64,000 nucleotides of DNA from Chamaesiphon sp. (GCA_965246715.1 CBDFFH010000005.1:64001-128000); one strand, 5' to 3'; positions 1 through 10,698 are shown, counted from the stretch's first letter. A program made the numbers and translations. Notes: a model not told the origin generated them from the sequence alone.

Positions 1-71
1 AGCGGCTGAATTTATCGATCGGTGATGTCTCGACACTGGGCGATGTCGATCGACCGGAAGATTTACACTTA

Positions 72-785
72 TTGTCACAGATATCTACAGGAGCGAGGAT
101 TTCGATCGTTATCCCCGCCCTAAATGAAGCCCGATCGATTGCTAAAGTAATAGCAGATATTCATGCGCTCCCAAATGTCGAAACGATCGTCGTCGATGGT
201 GGTTCTAACGACGATACAGTCGCGATCGTGCAAGGATTGGGGGTGAAAGTAATTACTTCCGGGCAAGGACGCGCTCGGCAAATGAATGCTGGCGCTAGGG
301 CTGCAACGGGCAAAATCCTGCTCTTTCTCCATGCGGATACTTTTTTGCCGTCGGGATTCGATTTGATGGTGCGTGAGGCGCTACAGCCATCGCTGACAGC
401 AAAAAAATCTTTAACTGTAGCTGGCGCTTTTGCCTTAAAAATTGATAGCGAGCTGCCGAGTTTGCGATGGATCGAACGATTGGTAAATTGGCGATCGCAA
501 TGGCGGCAAATGCCATATGGAGATCAAGCAATTTTTCTCACTGCAGCGACATTTTGGGAGCTTGGGGGTTTTCCCGAACAGCCGATTATGGAAGACTTTG
601 AACTGATGCGGCAATTACAACGACGTGGGAAAATTGCGCTTGTCTCGACACCTGTAATTACCTCTGCACGGCGGTGGCTGAAGTTGGGAGTCTGGAGAAC
701 AACCTTAATCAATCAATCGATCGTGATGGCTTATCTAGTGGGCGTTTCACCAACACGACTAGCTACTTGGTATCGCCGTAGATAG
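72..785 (+). CDS. GT2 family glycosyltransferase (TIGR04283-like)
   Basis: ISIVIPALNE, VVDGGSND, GRARQMNAGA, LLFLHAD, PYGDQAIF, IMED and TSARRW motifs. Confidence 0.9.
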   Translation: MSQISTGARISIVIPALNEARSIAKVIADIHALPNVETIVVDGGSNDDTVAIVQGLGVKVITSGQGRARQMNAGARAATGKILLFLHADTFLPSGFDLMVREALQPSLTAKKSLTVAGAFALKIDSELPSLRWIERLVNWRSQWRQMPYGDQAIFLTAATFWELGGFPEQPIMEDFELMRQLQRRGKIALVSTPVITSARRWLKLGVWRTTLINQSIVMAYLVGVSPTRLATWYRRR

Positions 786-962
786 CAAAATACCCAAGTC
801 GATTGTAACCAAAGCGGTTTAATGGAAACAAACAGACATTGACGATTGCATATTTACCAAGTCGATCCTGAAGTCTCGAGCGGCGATAAGCGTCAAATTC
901 TCGATTTTTCGCAATGACTATATCGATCGGCACAAAACAGCTACAAATATCGCTAAATTTGC

Positions 963-1631
963 CTATTTCGCCACTGCTGAATCCGGCATCATGCTTTGCA
1001 TAAATAACATTGCCTTACCCACCAACTCCGCCCCCGCTTTTTCCGGCGATCCGGTATCGAATGGCGGAGCAGGATCGTACTCCAGCAATAGTTGAGTAAT
1101 CTTGGCGATTTCTGCACCATAAAGGATACTCGCGATCGTCAGCCCAAAATCGATACCTGCTGTCACACCACCACCAGAAATCCGATTGCGATCGACTACC
1201 ACGCGCTCGGTACCTACTTCTACACCTAACTGGGCGAGTTGGGAGCGTGCCGCCCAGTGAGTAGCTGCTCGATAGCCATCGAGTAGTCCTGCCTTAGCCA
1301 AAAACTGCGAGCCACCACACACAGAAGTAATAAATTTGGCGGTGATGCCTTGTTTGCGAAGAAATGCTAGTACCTCTGGATCGTCTTCTACTACTGCCTG
1401 TCCCAGACCGCCACCGATACAAACAATATCTAATCGCGGGCAATTTGCGAAGGTGGTATCGGGTAAAACCATCATGCCATCGTCGGTTTTGACTGGCTCT
1501 AGGGTTTTCCAGATCCGATAAGTCTCGACACCAGGTAGTGGGCTTAAAACCTGTTGTGGTCCGAGTATATCGAGCGATGTCATACCGGGATAAAAGACCA
1601 AACCAAGAGTGTACTTTGGGGAGTCAGTCAT
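963..1631 (-). CDS. DJ-1/PfpI family protein (isonitrile hydratase-like)
   Basis: LDILGP, ITSVCGGS (nucleophilic Cys), RAATHW, GGGVTAGIDFGL, EYDPAPPF; ATG at 1631 (MTDSPK) preferred over the ORF-track start. Confidence 0.9.
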   Translation of the reverse strand: MTDSPKYTLGLVFYPGMTSLDILGPQQVLSPLPGVETYRIWKTLEPVKTDDGMMVLPDTTFANCPRLDIVCIGGGLGQAVVEDDPEVLAFLRKQGITAKFITSVCGGSQFLAKAGLLDGYRAATHWAARSQLAQLGVEVGTERVVVDRNRISGGGVTAGIDFGLTIASILYGAEIAKITQLLLEYDPAPPFDTGSPEKAGAELVGKAMLFMQSMMPDSAVAK

Positions 1632-1733
1632 AAATCGATTTCCTAGTGATGAGAGCAATAAAGCTGATAATGTCTATACTAAGAGTGGAAATCGATCGGG
1701 CATAGTCCTCGATCGGGTACTCTTTTTGACACT

Positions 1734-2417
1734 ATGGTTGGTTCCTTACAGCCTTTATTTACAGCGATCGATCTAGTCGAATCAGAACGAGAGTTGAAAA
1801 CGGATGTCATCCCAAAAGTTGGCGAGCATTTCACAGCTAAACGAGTGGGGATCTTTTTCTTTGACCAACTTTCACAGCTAGATCCCAATCTTCAGAAGCT
1901 GTTCAAAGTTGCACTATCAATCGAGCTTAATCCAGTTGCCCGTTATCTAACAGAGCGTCACGCACCCGTACATGAAGGATTGGTAACATCACCCAAGGTT
2001 TGGAAGATGATTTGTCCCCGTCCCGACCACTGGCATGTGATGGCGGGGCCAATTGTCGTTCGCGCTCAACTTGTAGGTTCGGTAGGCTGTACTCGCGATC
2101 GATCGATGCCTGCTTTCGATACCCAAAATCTCGCCGATTTGAGTGGGATCTGTTTGCACTTATCGATCTGGGCGGCAACAACGCGTTCGCCTGGCGTTTC
2201 CGCCGGAAAATCGTCATCCCCATCTGGCAAAATTAAGCTATTGACAGCGCGTGAATTGCAAATTGTCGAACTAGTTGCTTTGGGGCGCACTAATGCTGAA
2301 ATTGGTACTGAGCTGTGGATTACTGAGAATTCAGTTAAGCAGGCTCTGAAGCGAATGTTTCGTAAACTTGAAGTCTCCTCTCGTACCGAAATGGTGGCAC
2401 AGCTTTCTACTTGTTAG
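1734..2417 (+). CDS. LuxR C-terminal HTH regulator with N-terminal GAF-like sensor
   Basis: LTARELQIVELVALGRTNAEIG...ENSVKQALKRMFRKLEVSSR; divergent from the DJ-1 gene. Confidence 0.88.
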   Translation: MVGSLQPLFTAIDLVESERELKTDVIPKVGEHFTAKRVGIFFFDQLSQLDPNLQKLFKVALSIELNPVARYLTERHAPVHEGLVTSPKVWKMICPRPDHWHVMAGPIVVRAQLVGSVGCTRDRSMPAFDTQNLADLSGICLHLSIWAATTRSPGVSAGKSSSPSGKIKLLTARELQIVELVALGRTNAEIGTELWITENSVKQALKRMFRKLEVSSRTEMVAQLSTC

Positions 2418-2556
2418 TTGGTATTTGGAGCGACCACAGCCGATCGATTGGCGATGTTACCAGACAGCTTGCTTTGTCAAATTGATGGAGTAAATCCTCC
2501 TAAACCAATATTTGGTGAAAGGATTTCAGGTTCTTGCTGGTAACACTTAAATAGAC

Positions 2557-3075
2557 CTAAACAGATCGACAATTTAGATACATAGCAACCCGATATTGTA
2601 GTCCTTGGGCAGCTTCTTCGGCTAATACCCGATCGATTTCGGCCGGAAGCTCGTCAGCATGATAACGCGTGAACCCCAGCCGTTCGTACATCGGCGCATT
2701 CCAAGGCAAATGAGCGAACGTAGTCAAAGTTACCGCTTGGAGATCCATCATCTTTGCCCATCTCACCACGCATTTAACCAGCGCCGTCCCAATTCCCTGT
2801 CGCCCAGATGTTGGCAAAACATCCAATTCCGCCAAAAAGGCCATCCGATCGATAATACTGGCAAGTGCAAACCCAACAGGTCGATCGTTAGCATCAGCCG
2901 CAACCCATAGCTGTCCCAACAGTCTGGCTCGCTCGTGAATCTCGATCGACAACACTTCATCTACCATCCCAGCCGGAAAAGTCCCAGGCGGAAATCTGGT
3001 GGCAGCTTCCAGCTCGATCGTGGGTAAGACGAAGAGATCGTCATGATGCGCCAGTCTGATGCGGTATCGCTCCAT
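2557..3075 (-). CDS. GNAT family acetyltransferase
   Basis: ELDVLP..GRQGIGTALV acetyl-CoA motif; TLTTF..PWNAPMYERLGF. Confidence 0.9.
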   Translation of the reverse strand: MERYRIRLAHHDDLFVLPTIELEAATRFPPGTFPAGMVDEVLSIEIHERARLLGQLWVAADANDRPVGFALASIIDRMAFLAELDVLPTSGRQGIGTALVKCVVRWAKMMDLQAVTLTTFAHLPWNAPMYERLGFTRYHADELPAEIDRVLAEEAAQGLQYRVAMYLNCRSV

Positions 3076-3234
3076 CTGCCCAACCTCTAACTTATCGCTG
3101 AGTAGTGCCCAGAAATTCGATCGCGGAGATTTTTAGAATCCCTTTCGATCGCATTGCCGCCCGAATCGACTCGCTACTCGATTCGGTTACCATTAATTGT
3201 AAGTAGTATCCATCGTGTCGATCGAGAAGAAAAA

Positions 3235-3645
3235 ATGAAACTTAAATATGCTTACACTAGATTAAATGTCGAAAATTACCAGGCTTGCAAGCAATTTTAC
3301 CAAAAGGTTTTAGGTTTTGAGGTTTTGTATGCCAACGATGCCCAGGAATATGCTGAGCTAGCCACTGGGGAAACCACAATTACCATCCTCAATCGCAATC
3401 GCTTGAAAGAGTTTATCGGCTCGGCAGCTACAGCCACCTATGATGCCAATGATGCCAAGATTGCCTTGACTTTTATGGTACCTAATCTAGATGAAGCGAT
3501 CGCTGAGCTAAAGACCCACAGTATTACTCTCGTCAATAACCCATGGCAACGCCCAGAGGATGAGCTGATGCAGGCGGGGGTACTGACGGCATGTTTTCGC
3601 GACCCAGATGGTAATCTGATTGAATTCGTCCAATTATTAACCTGA
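3235..3645 (+). CDS. VOC/glyoxalase family protein
   Basis: FYQKVLGF, FMVPNLDEA, FRDPDGNLIEF; ATG at 3235 (MKLKYAY). Confidence 0.88.
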   Translation: MKLKYAYTRLNVENYQACKQFYQKVLGFEVLYANDAQEYAELATGETTITILNRNRLKEFIGSAATATYDANDAKIALTFMVPNLDEAIAELKTHSITLVNNPWQRPEDELMQAGVLTACFRDPDGNLIEFVQLLT

Positions 3646-3802
3646 TCGGCAAAACCGATCGCGAGACGATCGGCAATACTATAGAGTTTCGGGGGAGGTG
3701 ATATTTGCGACAGGATCGAAAAAATGTTTGTGGTAATGTCTATACAGCATTCGGGATTCAGCTTTCCTGACTGACACTGCCTCCCTAAATCACTCAAAAT
3801 CC

Positions 3803-6043
3803 ATGTATCAGTTTCGCATCAGTGCTTACACGCAAACTGGGGAATATATCGGTCTAGTCGGTTCTACGCCTGAGTTGGGGATGTGGGATGTTCGCAACTG
3901 CCTTCGTCTGCACACGAGTGGCGATCGCTATCCGATCTGGTGGACGGAATACATTCAGCTGTCTGATAAATCTAGCGATCGTGTTGAATACAAGTACGTA
4001 CATCTCGATGCCGATGGGAATGCTCGGTGGGAAGCTCTGGGTGTAAATCGTTGGGTTCCGATCGAGCCAGAACTACCGTCTGCCAAGATGATTGTCGATG
4101 ATGGTGCATTTGGTTATTTACAGCCTTATCCCTTCGGCTACGTTGAGGAAGCTGCGGTGCAAAAGCCGCAGGTAGCCAACAATAGCGGGCTGAAAATTGC
4201 AGTCATCGGCAGTTCTGTTGCTTGGGGTCATAAAGCTTGGCGATTGGCGGGCTGGGCTGAGCAACTAGGACGGGTATTGCACCAAAAATATGGGCACCAA
4301 CTCATCAATGTGTCAGAAGTCGGGGCAAATGTCAGCAGAACGATCGCCAGATTTGACGCAGTTGTCACCCCCGAGCGACCGGATCTGGTAATTATTGCCC
4401 TATCGCTGGGTAATGAAGGATTCGCACATTGCCATGCCCGCGACCGCCGTGCGGCACAGCGGCGGTTTGAAAGTGGCTTGCAGCAGTTGGTGAAAATGAG
4501 CCGCAACATCGGTGCGCGACCGATCCTCGGCGGAGTCTATCCGCATAACGATTATCAACCCGAACATCGCGTGCTATTGCAAGATACCCACGATCGGATG
4601 TTGAAGTGGGACATCCCAGTTTTGGATTGGTTGGCAGCAGTAGATGATGGGCAAGGACGATGGCGACCTGGTAGCTCGTTCGATCCGGCTCACCCCAATA
4701 CGATCGGGCATCAACTCATGTTTGAAGCGATCGATTTATGCGCGTTCGATCTCGATCGACAGCAACTAGATCGAGAACGCCAACACCGCTTGCAACCGCA
4801 TGAAGTCTCAGTCTATTCCAACAATCTCGGATTCGATATCTGGGCTTGTCCCGCCGAAAATCGGGTGCGAATTAGTAATCGATCTCCAGCCAACTATACG
4901 ATCGCGCCCTACTGTCAGCAACTCCAAACCGCCCTGCGACGGCAAGCAAAACTCCTGCCTGGTGTCTACATTAGCTCAACACCCCGATCGGGAACGCTAC
5001 CATTTTTCGCCGTGCCAGCAGATGGATCGATCGAGAGTACTATCGAGATTCCTGCAAGTAGCGATTTAGAATATACCGCCAGCTTCCAACTTTGCACGAC
5101 CGCCAACCCACAGCTATTCTTTGATAATGGCGAGGTGCGGATGCTGCGATCGGACGCTCTGCACCTCTGGATAATTAACGAATCCGACCACGAGTACAAT
5201 ATCCAGCCGATGTGGGAAGAAGCAAGCATCGCGTTAAAAGCCCTGCCTGCTGGTGTCTACACAGATCCGCTCTACCCCGATCTGCCATTCCGTACCTTGA
5301 CGATCGGGGATAATGGTTTGGAAAGTCGCGTAAAAGTCCCCGCACAATCAGCCATCTGGTTTGAATATCACTGCAAGTTATCCGAGATCGAGCGGATCGC
5401 GATTTTGCCGTTAGGCGATCGCTGTGCCGTACGGATGATGTTATATAAAATGCAGTACGATGGCCCCGCATTTCCCTTCGATCTGACACGCACGACCGAG
5501 ATTGCCGATATCGCCGATATCATCGACACTGGATTTGCGGACATGTGGAATCCGCACCTGCTACATTACGATGCCTTCATCCGACGCATCTACCATCAAA
5601 AATGGACAGGATTATCTTTTGCCCATGAGGTGGAAGATGACGAGCATCCCGAACACGATATGTCGCCAGTCTTCGAGCGGATGCGATCGCGTTATTCGGC
5701 TCGCGCTCAGCGGTTTTGGTATACGATCGCGCATTGCGATCGGGCATTATTTATCCGCACCGGAATTGCCGATCGGGGTGGTACGCTAGATTTGGTTGAA
5801 AAATTAGCAAAAAAATGCCAAGGCAAACCGTTTCAACTGATGATTCTCTCGCCGCAACCTAGCGATGAGTTTGCAGATATTCCCAATGTATTGCATTTCG
5901 AGGCAGACTTTAATCCCGATCTCATGTACGCAGATGTAGAACATTGGCTGCATTGTACGGGCATCATGCACGAGATTTTAGATAAGGTCGGGGTATCTAG
6001 CAAAAACTTATTTTGGTGTCCGCCTAAGTTACCACCGCAATAG
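3803..6043 (+). CDS. Multidomain protein: CBM20-like + SGNH/GDSL hydrolase + DUF1796-like putative cysteine peptidase
   Basis: GLVGSTPELGMWD/EYKYV/WE (CBM20); VIGSSVAWG, GAN, LGNE, DPAHPN (SGNH blocks); LPLGDRCAV..PFD..FAHE (DUF1796-like). Confidence 0.75.
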   Translation: MYQFRISAYTQTGEYIGLVGSTPELGMWDVRNCLRLHTSGDRYPIWWTEYIQLSDKSSDRVEYKYVHLDADGNARWEALGVNRWVPIEPELPSAKMIVDDGAFGYLQPYPFGYVEEAAVQKPQVANNSGLKIAVIGSSVAWGHKAWRLAGWAEQLGRVLHQKYGHQLINVSEVGANVSRTIARFDAVVTPERPDLVIIALSLGNEGFAHCHARDRRAAQRRFESGLQQLVKMSRNIGARPILGGVYPHNDYQPEHRVLLQDTHDRMLKWDIPVLDWLAAVDDGQGRWRPGSSFDPAHPNTIGHQLMFEAIDLCAFDLDRQQLDRERQHRLQPHEVSVYSNNLGFDIWACPAENRVRISNRSPANYTIAPYCQQLQTALRRQAKLLPGVYISSTPRSGTLPFFAVPADGSIESTIEIPASSDLEYTASFQLCTTANPQLFFDNGEVRMLRSDALHLWIINESDHEYNIQPMWEEASIALKALPAGVYTDPLYPDLPFRTLTIGDNGLESRVKVPAQSAIWFEYHCKLSEIERIAILPLGDRCAVRMMLYKMQYDGPAFPFDLTRTTEIADIADIIDTGFADMWNPHLLHYDAFIRRIYHQKWTGLSFAHEVEDDEHPEHDMSPVFERMRSRYSARAQRFWYTIAHCDRALFIRTGIADRGGTLDLVEKLAKKCQGKPFQLMILSPQPSDEFADIPNVLHFEADFNPDLMYADVEHWLHCTGIMHEILDKVGVSSKNLFWCPPKLPPQ

Positions 6044-6050
6044 ACTGTTA

Positions 6051-6076
6051 GGGGATTGGGGATTGGGGATTGGGGA
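6051..6076. repeat. STRR-type heptamer tandem repeat (GGGGATT)x3 + GGGGA
   Basis: ggggattggggattggggattgggga, the reverse complement of (CCCCAAT)n, between convergent genes. Confidence 0.8.
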
Positions 6077-6116
6077 TAGAAGAATTTTAGGTCTATCGAG
6101 ACTTCCCAATTATGAG

Positions 6117-6142
6117 TTGGCGTAGCCTCTCCACTAGGAGAA
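6117..6142. repeat. Short dispersed repeat TTGGCGTAGCCT...GAA, copy 1
   Basis: Related copies at 7857-7886 (inverted) and 52021-52050. Confidence 0.7.
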
Positions 6143-7660
6143 ACTGACTTTACCGAACAACTCAATAACCGTCGGCTTCATGACTTTCCCCATCGCATTG
6201 CGTGGTAATTCAGCAACTAGGATAATTTCCCTCGGTACCTTATAAACCGCCAATCGCTCCTTCGCCCAACTCCGAAACGCTGCTAGTGTTAATTGACCCT
6301 GAGGCTGCAACACCAGCGCCACACACACGCGCTCTCCCCATTCCAAATCCTCAATTCCCACCACCGCACATTCGACGATATCGGGATGAGTTCGCAGCAC
6401 TTCCTCGATTTCCAGCGCCGAAACCTTATAACCACCAGTTTTGATGATATCGACACTCATCCTCCCGAGAATCCGGTAGCTACCATCTTCCACTACCGCC
6501 AGATCTCCCGTACAAAACCAGCCATCTCGAAAAGCTTTAGCCGTTGCTGCGGGATTTTGCCAATATTCTCTAAACACACCCGGACTTTTAACCTGAATTT
6601 CTCCTGGAGTTCCTGGTGCGACTATTTCCCCGCTCTCATCCACCAATCTCACTTCCACCTGCGGTAACGGCTCGCCGACAAATCCCGATCGACGTTGCCC
6701 GTGCAGCGGATTGGATAGTGCCATCCCAATTTCCGTCATCCCATATCGCTCCAGCAAAAAATGACCGCTAAGCTGCTGCCACTCTTCTAAAACTCGAACT
6801 GGTAATGCTGCCGAGCCAGACACCATCAAGCGCATCCTCCTGCCACCTGCAGACATATTTTCCTGGAGTTCGCCGGTAGCTTGTTGCCAAGCGTTAATCA
6901 GCTTGACATAAATCGTCGGCACAGCCATAAATAGCGTTAAATCCCCCTTGCAAATTCGATTCCAAACCGTTTCCGGATCGAATTTTGCTAGCATGTGACA
7001 TTGCGCCCCAGCCCATAAAGCACAAGTTAAGACATTGACAATGCCATGAATGTGATGCAGTGGCAATACATGTAAAATACGATCGCTAGTAGTCCAGTCC
7101 CACGCGGCGACTAAACTAGTTACTTGCGCTTGAATATTTTCATGGGTCATCACGACACCCTTGGGCTTGCCTGTCGTACCACTGGTGTAGAGAATTAATG
7201 CCCGTCTGTGAATATCTATCTCTGGGAGCGAATCGATCGAGTCTGGGAGCGGATCTGAAGTGAGGGTAAATCGTAAATCGTGCGTCTCTGAAATCGGGCG
7301 CAGTACTGCCTCAAAGCTAGGATGAGCCAAGATATTTACCGCTCCAGAATTGACAATAACATATTCCAATTCCGGTCGGGGATGGGAAACACATAGCGGT
7401 ACGGCAATACCTCCCGCCAGCCAAATTCCCCACAGCGTTGCGACATACTCAAATCCTGGCGAGATCAGCAGAGCAATTCGCTGTTCTTGTAAATCGGGAA
7501 CATTCTCGAGCAAATTTGTGGCGATTTGGCTAGCAGTGTGGAGCAAATCTCGATAGGTAAATGCTCCTTCATCTGTTACGATCGCGATGTTCTCACTCTG
7601 CAACCGCGCACGCGCAATTAGGGGTAGATTCACTGTTTTATCGATCGATTTTATAGTCAA
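6134..7660 (-). CDS. Acyl-CoA synthetase (MatB/ACSF3-like AMP-binding enzyme)
   Basis: YTSGTTGKPKG, LPLHHIHG, ERYGMTE, TGD, DIIKTGGYKVSALEIE, PRNAMGKV. Confidence 0.92.
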   Translation of the reverse strand: MTIKSIDKTVNLPLIARARLQSENIAIVTDEGAFTYRDLLHTASQIATNLLENVPDLQEQRIALLISPGFEYVATLWGIWLAGGIAVPLCVSHPRPELEYVIVNSGAVNILAHPSFEAVLRPISETHDLRFTLTSDPLPDSIDSLPEIDIHRRALILYTSGTTGKPKGVVMTHENIQAQVTSLVAAWDWTTSDRILHVLPLHHIHGIVNVLTCALWAGAQCHMLAKFDPETVWNRICKGDLTLFMAVPTIYVKLINAWQQATGELQENMSAGGRRMRLMVSGSAALPVRVLEEWQQLSGHFLLERYGMTEIGMALSNPLHGQRRSGFVGEPLPQVEVRLVDESGEIVAPGTPGEIQVKSPGVFREYWQNPAATAKAFRDGWFCTGDLAVVEDGSYRILGRMSVDIIKTGGYKVSALEIEEVLRTHPDIVECAVVGIEDLEWGERVCVALVLQPQGQLTLAAFRSWAKERLAVYKVPREIILVAELPRNAMGKVMKPTVIELFGKVSFS

Positions 7661-7856
7661 TTCTATCCGATCGCTATGAACACAACGCCATCGGGTAATT
7701 TTCTAACCAAAGAGATACTGACGGTCGAGCGATATTTTAATGAAACCAAATCCTGGTGGGCTGTTAGATCCAAAAGATGCGATCGGTACCATTCATCTAG
7801 ACTTTGACGACTTGCCTTGTTAATACCTCCATGACAATAACCATCGGACCAAAGAT

Positions 7857-7886
7857 CGATTCCGCAAAGCGGAGGCTACGCCAACG
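7857..7886. repeat. Short dispersed repeat, copy 2 (inverted)
   Basis: Reverse complement reads cgttggcgtagcctccgctttgcggaatcg. Confidence 0.7.
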
Positions 7887-8514
7887 AATTAACTCGATCG
7901 ATCGAACCCAAAATAATCGATCGATTATTTTGACAGGGTATGAAGATGCTCCTCAATGGCGATTATCTCCGGTCATTCGTGACAAGTTAAGAAGCGATCG
8001 CAGTTGTCAAGCGGGTTTGAGGCGATGAATCGAAGAAAAAATTGTCCGTTCGACTTACGGAATCAGGAAAAGGTGCAATAATCAACTTTTGATGAGGTTT
8101 TCGGAGCGTTTTAACAATACCCAAATCTTGATTTTCGGGAGCCGCAAAATATTTAACAGGGTCAGTAGCTAAATTTTTGTGATGAGCAATATAAAAATGA
8201 TAAAGACCTCTATAAATCATGTCTAAGGAAATGCGGTCGAATGGGAGAGATAGTTCATCGACGACAGCATCACCTAAATCGACTAGTACTGCATAGAATA
8301 ACCAAAGCCGTCACCAAGGCAAAATTCGCTCGAATTTTGCCTTGGTAAATTCAATACTTTGTGGCAGCGGTCGCTGTTTTCTATTGTGCCACTTCATTCT
8401 GAATTCTGGTAATAATTCCTTAAACACTCTTTCAAATAACTCGGCTGGAAAGGTCAAGAATCTTTGAGCAATCGCCTGCTGACTTACTTTTGTCGGCTCA
8501 CACCATAAAAATCC

Positions 8515-9341
8515 GGCGTTGCTGGATTAAGATATGATTTGGCGATCGAGAGGTAATCTGTGCCGTCGATCGCCAGAACTAACTGAATTAGGAGTTGGTA
8601 CTTCACCAAATTTAAGATAATGAATTAACAATCTAATAGAATGCTTTAGCATTTGTTCGCACTTAGAATAACATAATGTTTTTCTTTTTAATCGAGCTAA
8701 GTAATGTCTGAGCCTAGTGTTTTCACCCTCAACTCTTGTCATATAAGTTTTACTCACGATTTGGTCACCATCTGGAATAAATATTGGATAGACCCTCCAC
8801 CCATCCGTCACATAAAAATAACATTTCCATGTACTTACCAAATTCTCCCATAGCGGTCTAAATGTCTTAGCACTGTGGTCGCCTAATACCCATCCTAAAA
8901 TACCCATCTGAAAGTGATTTACTGCCGTCCAGAGCCAGATCTTGTTTTTTTTGAGCCAACAAACGTCTCTAACTCATCCAACTCACCAACTTCTGGTATT
9001 TGGTCTGAATTATAGTAATCTGGGAGATTTGCCCCTACTTGCTTCACCCAATCCATGACAGTTGTATTATGCACACCCATTACTCTTTCTATTGCTCGAA
9101 ATCCCATCCCATTAACATACATTGACAAACATTTCTGCTTGATTTGTGGTGAATATCCTCTGTGTGCTTCATAACAATCTATAAATTGCCGTCCGCAGTC
9201 TTTACAAATATGGTTCTGCTTTCCCTTTATTCGCCCATTTTTATTGATATTGGACGATCTACATTCAGGACATTCCATTTAGATATTTGCTCTTGTTACT
9301 TCTCTCGATCGCCTTAGATCATATCCTAATCCAGCAACGCC
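8515..9341 (-). mobile_element. IS1-family element, apparently intact
   Basis: IRs GGCGTTGCTGGATTA(A/G)GATATGAT at both ends; 8-bp target duplication AAAAATCC at 8507-8514 and 9342-9349. Confidence 0.93.
8527..9278 (-). CDS. IS1 transposase InsA/InsB joined by -1 programmed frameshift
   Basis: CPEC..CKDC zinc finger, ELDELETFVG, A8C slippery site at 8944-8952 giving KKNKIWLWTAV, then YVTDGW and RVEGENTRLRHYLARL. Confidence 0.9.
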
Positions 9342-9697
9342 AAAAATCCTTCTCGCTCTAGCATTCGACTTAGTTCTCTGACTCCTGGCACATTCCGCCA
9401 TAGTAGCGTCAGCACTGCTGCCATCATCAATGGCAAATTTAACAGCCGATTTATCAGCCCCAATTGTCGGTAGTAATGACTTTGGTTGAAGATTGCTGGT
9501 GTCAATAAAGCATCTAATTGAGCGGCGATGACTTCCTCTTCCACACTTGGTTGGTTGTGCTTTTTGGCGTGGTCACGGTTAGTTCTGCGGCGGCTGGTCA
9601 TCAGGTATCTATTGCCTCAAACTGTTGACTAGAAGCAGTTTGACATCTTTCCTCAGCCTCTTGACAAATCTCTGATTTTCTTAACTTGTCACTAATG

Positions 9698-10049
9698 ATT
9701 CCTGGTGATTTTGAGAATTCAGTTTTTTTTCAATTCTTCCATCTCTCTTGCTAACTTTTCTTGCTGTTCTTGTGCCAAGAGTGCTTTTTCTTTCCACAGC
9801 TCTCTACTTGCACTTAAATCTCCGATCTTAACTTCCATTCCTCGCATTCTTTTCTGTTTTTCTGCTACTCTTTTTTTCCACTTTTCTCGACTATTGCTAA
9901 ATAGCCTTACTAATCTGCTATCATCACTTTTGAATCCTTCCATCAGCTTTACTCACAGCGGCTTTGACGACCATCCCTTTTTATCGCACTTTCTGCATGA
10001 ACACAATTGACGCTTTTTAACCTAGAATTAACATACTAGGCACTGCCCA
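9698..10049 (-). mobile_element. Truncated IS remnant (short basic ORF 9719-9943, family unassigned)
   Basis: Coiled-coil ORF ending in an A-tract, typical of frameshifting IS ORF1; cut by the IS4 end; possible terminus GGGCAGTGCC at 10040-10049. Confidence 0.45.
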
Positions 10050-10099
10050 CCTTAATTTGTTTTATCCGTTTCAATAATAAAATATCTTCCGATCGATCT

Positions 10100-10495
10100 A
10101 TGTCTCAAATCAAAATTCATGGAATCCGATCGCAACTAGATCCGATTAAGCACCAACTTTCAGATCTGATTCATAGCTGCGTAGTGGATGCCTTGCAATA
10201 TCCCCAACACAAACGCGCGCATCGCTTTTTTCCACTAGATCCTAACGATTTTTATTATCCACCCGAACCCGGCCGTACCGATCGATATACAATTATCGAG
10301 ATTAGTATGTTTGAAGGGCGATCTGTTGAAGCGAAAAAACAATTGATTCGACTGCTATTCGATCGATCGGACAAACAGTTAAACATCTCGAATCAAAACT
10401 TAGAAATCACCATTTTTGAAACTCCCAAACATAACTGGGGATTTCGTGGCTTGCCAGGGGACGAGCATAGTTTAGATTATCGAGTGAATGTGTAA
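10100..10495 (+). CDS. Tautomerase family protein
   Basis: IIEISMFEGRSVEAKKQLI, EITIFETPKHNWGFRG. Confidence 0.85.
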   Translation: MSQIKIHGIRSQLDPIKHQLSDLIHSCVVDALQYPQHKRAHRFFPLDPNDFYYPPEPGRTDRYTIIEISMFEGRSVEAKKQLIRLLFDRSDKQLNISNQNLEITIFETPKHNWGFRGLPGDEHSLDYRVNV

Positions 10496-10610
10496 TGTGG
10501 CTCGACACATTACATGAGATTTTATTGATGAGAATATAGCCTTCAAACTACATTAATTTACTAAGGGATCGTAATTCTGACTAAGAGTGCCGATTAGCCA
10601 TCGCTCGCGA

Positions 10611-10651
10611 GCTATAAAATTCGATCGAGCTGCTCGATCGAATTTTATAGC
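10611..10651. terminator. Perfect 20-bp inverted repeat between convergent genes
   Basis: gctataaaattcgatcgagc-t-gctcgatcgaattttatagc. Confidence 0.6.
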
Positions 10652-10698
10652 AAAGTGTGGCATTGAGATAATTATCGCTAAAGTTATCTAAATCGCTG

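Larger units (their letters stand above)
7987..9601 (-). pseudogene. IS4 transposase pseudogene
   Basis: N-terminus at 9342-9601 (..LEREGF) resumes below 8514 (LWCEPTKVSQQAIAQRFLTFPAELFE..), then jumps to the C-terminal part (..AVLVDLGDAVVDELSLPFDRISLDMIYRGLYHF); central catalytic region missing. Confidence 0.82.
7974..9697 (-). mobile_element. IS4-family element, internally deleted and interrupted by IS1
   Basis: Terminal IRs CATTCGTGACAAGTTAAGAA (7974) and TTCTTAACTTGTCACTAATG (to 9697); transposase fragments between them; no target duplication seen. Confidence 0.85.

Noticed and set aside
7910..7931. 22-bp perfect palindrome AAAATAATCGATCGATTATTTT as an operator
   Set aside because: Centred on the ubiquitous CGATCG with AT-rich arms and no linked gene; function not supportable
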